This document shows, piece by piece, positions 59,273-63,268 of a stretch of 63,268 bases of DNA. Every line of letters starts with the position of its first letter. The stretch's first letter is position 1. A program made the position numbers and the translations under genes. Source of the stretch: Octopus bimaculoides (taxonomy: Eukaryota). The stretch lies in contig NC_068988.1 in the NCBI RefSeq assembly GCF_001194135.2, forward strand, positions 52,193,512 to 52,256,779, written 5' to 3'. The notes beneath the pieces were generated by a model, which searched no databases, had not been told where the DNA came from, and was given only the letters and a program-made list of their open reading frames with translations.

Positions 59273-59466
59273 TGTCTACAGAAGAAACAGTGACGGAATC
59301 TCAGCACCACCAATTCCATCTGACAAATAAATTAATCATACAACCACATACATATAAGACATGGAATGGAGATTACAGTTGGAATGTGTCACTGATTGTT
59401 GTTACTGATGAAGTGGGTGTTGCTTATCATAGAGTTGTGGTGCTGGTTTTTACCAAACTACTTTGC
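59273..59466 (+). repeat. Third, partial copy of the same repeat (starts at the CAG acceptor-like site)
   Basis: CAGAAGAAACAGTGACGGAATCTCAGCACCACCAATTCCATCTGACAAATAAATT...GGTTTTTACCAAA matches 55514-55690. Confidence 0.9.
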
Positions 59467-59599
59467 CTAAGACAAATCCTGTTAACCTAACCCCGAATAC
59501 AAGTGTACCTACTTATGGTAGGCCTTACATATTACTCAGTTTAACGCTACTTACACCTGGGCCTTACTTATTAAAGTTCTTTACTCTTTAAGGACCGTG

Positions 59600-60010
59600 G
59601 CTATCAGCAACTTTTCTCTACTGTTCTTCACTCAGGGCTGTCTTCTCTGCTTCATATCTTTCCCTGAGAGAATCCCTTCCACCTCTATGTCTTGAATTGT
59701 CATTGATGCTTCTTGGTTTTTTTACTTGGTGGGAGTTTTGGCCTATGCAAACCCATTTTAGCTTTGCAAAGAGGTGGTCCATATTAATTTTGCCTCTCTC
59801 CTTTGGCCTGCCCAGCAAGGAGCTTGTGTTTCACTAGCATAGCTCTCAGGGTCATTGAGGCACACAACATCACACCATAACAAGAGTTTGACCTTGTGGT
59901 AGATGCACAGTTCTGACATTGACAAGTCCCTTAACTCCTTGGGGGTTGTTGGGGCCCTGCAGCCATGCAGCATATCCAGGACAAGAAAACCTGGTGGAAC
60001 CCATCCCTCT
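59600..60010 (-). mobile_element. Probable RTE-type LINE 5' region remnant
   Basis: GC-richer island; minus-strand GTGTGCCTCAATGACCCTGAGAGCTATGCTAG resembles RTE 5' sequence as I recall it; no RT motifs. Confidence 0.4.
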
Positions 60011-61506
60011 CTGAGCTAAACTCATTTCTGCAGCTGAGTAGACTGGAGCAATGTGAAATTAAGTGTTTTGTTCAAGAAGAGAACAGATAGTCCAGTCCAG
60101 GGATTGAAACCACAATCTTACAGTTGAGAATCCAATATCCTAACCACTAAGCAACACATTTCCATTAATGGTACTCATTTCTACAGCAGAGTGGACTGTA
60201 GCAGTGTGAAATGAAGTGTTTTGCTTCACCTGGTCCAGGAATTGAAGCCACAATCTTAGTCATGAGTCCAACACCCTAACCACAAAACCACACACCTCCA
60301 CACTGTTCTAGGGTAGCATTAGTGTTTAAGGAGTTGACTCTGTTGCAAGTTTTATTATAAAAAATCCACCAGTTCCCTCACTCATATATGTCCAGGTTGG
60401 GTATCTGATATCAGTCTCACTAGTCTGAAACAGCCTAGGAAGGTTATAAGCATTTCTTCCCTTCTTTCTCCTGATATACCTGGCTCTCTGTTGGTTACAA
60501 CAATGAGTATTCTAGTTGATTTGATCGGCCAAACAGCTTGCTTGTGAAATAAATGTACAATTGGCTGAGCACTCCACAGACATGTCCCCTTAATGTAGTT
60601 CTCAGGGAGATTAAGCCAAATGTGACAAGACTCTTTGAATTTTTTTCCAGCTGAGGTGACTGGAGCAATATGAAATAAAGTGTCTTTGCTCAAGGACATG
60701 ACACACCACCAGGAATTGAACCCATGACCTTATGATTGTGTGTGGAAAACCTCAACCACTAATAATCAAGAAAAATATCTGCTGATACTTCGTTTTTGTA
60801 TCTCCTGATAATTGATAAATTCACAGGGAAGTGAAAGGTAAACAATATTTATTTCATATGTTTACATATGAAATTAATATTTTTTACCTCTCACTTCAAT
60901 TGAATTTTATTAATTATATATACACTCTACGACTGTGATTCCTAGGTTTTTAGAGGCATAGTGATGTTAGATTATATCCTAAACTTAACTACTATGTTAC
61001 CTGAGAGCCAGACACCTACTGAGAGCTCACTGTGAGTACTCTTTGATTCTCTGCATCCCTATTTCTATATTTATAGATATAGGTGCAGGAGTGGCTGTGG
61101 TAAGTAGCTTGCTTACCAACCACATGGTTCTGGGTTCAGTCCCACTGCGTTGCATCTTGGGCAAGTGTCTTCTACTATAGCCTCGGGCCGACCAGAGCCT
61201 TGTGAGTGAATGTGGTAGACAGAAACTAAAAGGAGCCTGTCATATATATATATATATATATATTTATTTATTTTATAGAGAGAGAGATATATGTATGTAG
61301 GTCTGTCTGTCTGTGTTTGTCCCCCCCAACATCGCTTGACCACCGAAGCTGGTGTGTTTATGTCACTGTAACTTAGAATAAGTACTAGGCTTACAAAGAA
61401 TAAGTCCTGGGGTTGATTTGCTTGACTTAAAGCTGTGGTCCAGCATGGCCACAGTCAAATGACTGAAACAAGTAAAAAAATAAAAGAATATATATGTGTG
61501 TGTGTG

Positions 61507-61842
61507 TATAAAATAAGATTTAAGGTAAAAAAAAAAAAGCACAGTAATCTTGTTTGTGTAGATAAAGATTATTTAATCCATTACAATATGTACAGGGTTG
61601 ACCAGTTTTGCTTCACTAATCATAACGCATAAGGTTTTGATTTAATCTTCTGTAGAAGCAGATATGAAACAGATTCATACCTGCTTCTACACAAGATTAA
61701 ATCAAAAACTTATGGTTTCGTAACACTGAGTCATGATTAGCAAAGTGAAATTGGTCGACCCTGTACATATTGTAATGGATTAAATGAATCTTTATCTACA
61801 CAAACAAGATTTTGTGCTTTTTCACTTAAATCTTATTTCATA
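61507..61842. mobile_element. ~335-bp near-complete fold-back palindrome (MITE / hairpin element)
   Basis: Arms 61507-61668 and 61674-61842 pair over ~160 bp around a 5-nt loop (ACAGA); TA ends. Confidence 0.85.
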
Positions 61843-61876
61843 TTTACCACCACATGGAATCTCCCTCCGAATTTCA

Positions 61877-61878
<2 letters not shown>

Positions 61879-61945
<67 letters not shown>

Positions 61946-62020
61946 ATATATATATACACGTATACATATACGTATATATGTATATATATATATATGTATA
62001 TATGTATATATATATATATG

Positions 62021-62065
<45 letters not shown>

Positions 62066-62162
62066 GTATGTATATATATGTATATATATGTATATATATA
62101 TATGTATGTATATATATGTATATATATGTATATGTATATATATGTATATATATATATGTATA
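61879..62162. repeat. Long (TA)n/(TATG)n compound microsatellite (similar tracts at 25430-25600, 50820-50880)
   Basis: Directly visible. Confidence 0.97.
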
Positions 62163-62528
62163 TCATCGTCATCATCATCATCCTCCTTTAATGTCCGTTT
62201 TTCTATGCTAACATGGTTTGGATAGTTCGACCAGAGCTGGCAAGATGGGGAGCTGCACCAGCTTCCAGTCTGATATGGCATGATTTCTATACCTGGATGC
62301 CCTTCCCAATGCCAACCACTTTACCGTGTTTGCTCGCTGCTTTTAATGTGCCAGCAGCATGAGCATCTTTTACATGGAAATGTCAAAACTCTCCAAAACA
62401 TTATTACAACTACTTAAAAGTTTGTTAAAATATATATCATTAATTACAATAAGTTAATTTGGCACCAACAGAAGAAGAATTTAAAATTTCAGTCACTTCA
62501 GAGAGCGAAAGAAAATAGATTGACTTTT

Positions 62529-62780
62529 TTATAAAGTATTTCTTGGATTTTTTTGTACAAAGTTATGTGTTCTGATGGTATTAGGACCCTGTGCATGTGT
62601 TATGTGTTTAGCTGTTGGTGTTGGATTACCATCAGCAGCTTCCAGCTTCATTTGAACTTTGACCCTGAAGGATTTGGCAACTTTCAGGAAGTTAGCTATC
62701 TCTGTATCACTATGCTGCACTTTTAAGGCAATGTTTACAGCATGACATTTCGTTTGCTGAGTCAACATGATGTCTGACAT
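62529..62780 (-). mobile_element. Tc1/mariner-superfamily transposase N-terminal remnant
   Basis: MLTQQTKCHAVNIALKVQHSDTEIANFLKVAKSFRVKV...EAADGN resembles a paired-like HTH transposase N-terminus; no catalytic domain present. Confidence 0.6.
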
Positions 62781-63268
62781 TATTTATCTGAAAAGTAAGG
62801 TGAAAAAAAAAAAAGAAAGAAGGAAGTTAGAAGAAAGTTTAGAGCTCTTGAAAAGAGGTGTCCTCAAAAAATTTACGCGCTCTGTCAGATTACAAATATC
62901 ATTATCATGCACACTGATAATGATGATGATGATGATGTTGATCAGCATCATCATTTAACATTCTATTTTCCAAGCTGGCATGGGTTGGACTACTTGCATA
63001 CTGGCATTAATATATATATATATATATAATGTATGATGATGATGATATATATATATGTATATGTATTTATATATATCATCATCATCATCATCATCATCGT
63101 TTAACGTCCGCTTTCCATGCTAGCATGGGTTGGACGATTTGACTGAGGACTGGTGAAACCGGATGGCAACACCAGGCTCCAGTCTGATTTGGCAGAGTTT
63201 CTACAGCTGGATGCCCTTCCTAACGCCAACCACTCAGAGAGTGTAGTGGGTGCTTTTACGTGTCACCC

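Noticed and set aside
61784-62281. Long Y/I/M-rich ORFs in several frames (also 25320-25646)
   Set aside because: Translation of (TA)n/(TATG)n microsatellite

Overview
AT-rich, repeat-dense eukaryotic (animal) genomic DNA with six N-gaps. The SINE/RTE families look like those of octopus; that species call is my inference from recognition. Two protein-coding genes are supported. (1) An MDC1-like DNA-damage checkpoint mediator on the + strand, with 17 reconstructed coding exons from 2965 to 36694 (~1417 aa in the window; the start lies upstream). It runs from an FHA domain through a long disordered linker with TQxF/Y motifs to a tandem BRCT pair. The exon chain closes in frame using two non-canonical introns: a GC-AG intron (13459-16679) and a minor-spliceosome U12 AT-AC intron (33756-36597). 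(2) An intact, intronless TRAPPC6B-like gene on the - strand (55978-56445). It sits in a CpG-rich island and is bracketed by a ~330-bp inverted repeat pair, with a third partial copy nearby; this repeat looks like a duplicated terminal exon. The rest is at least four SINE/LINE-tail families, RTE LINE fragments, three decayed Tc1/mariner elements, fold-back/MITE hairpins, degenerate hammerhead-like motifs in Penelope-type sequence, and mini- and microsatellites. No prokaryotic features, CRISPR arrays, rRNA or true tRNA genes are supported.
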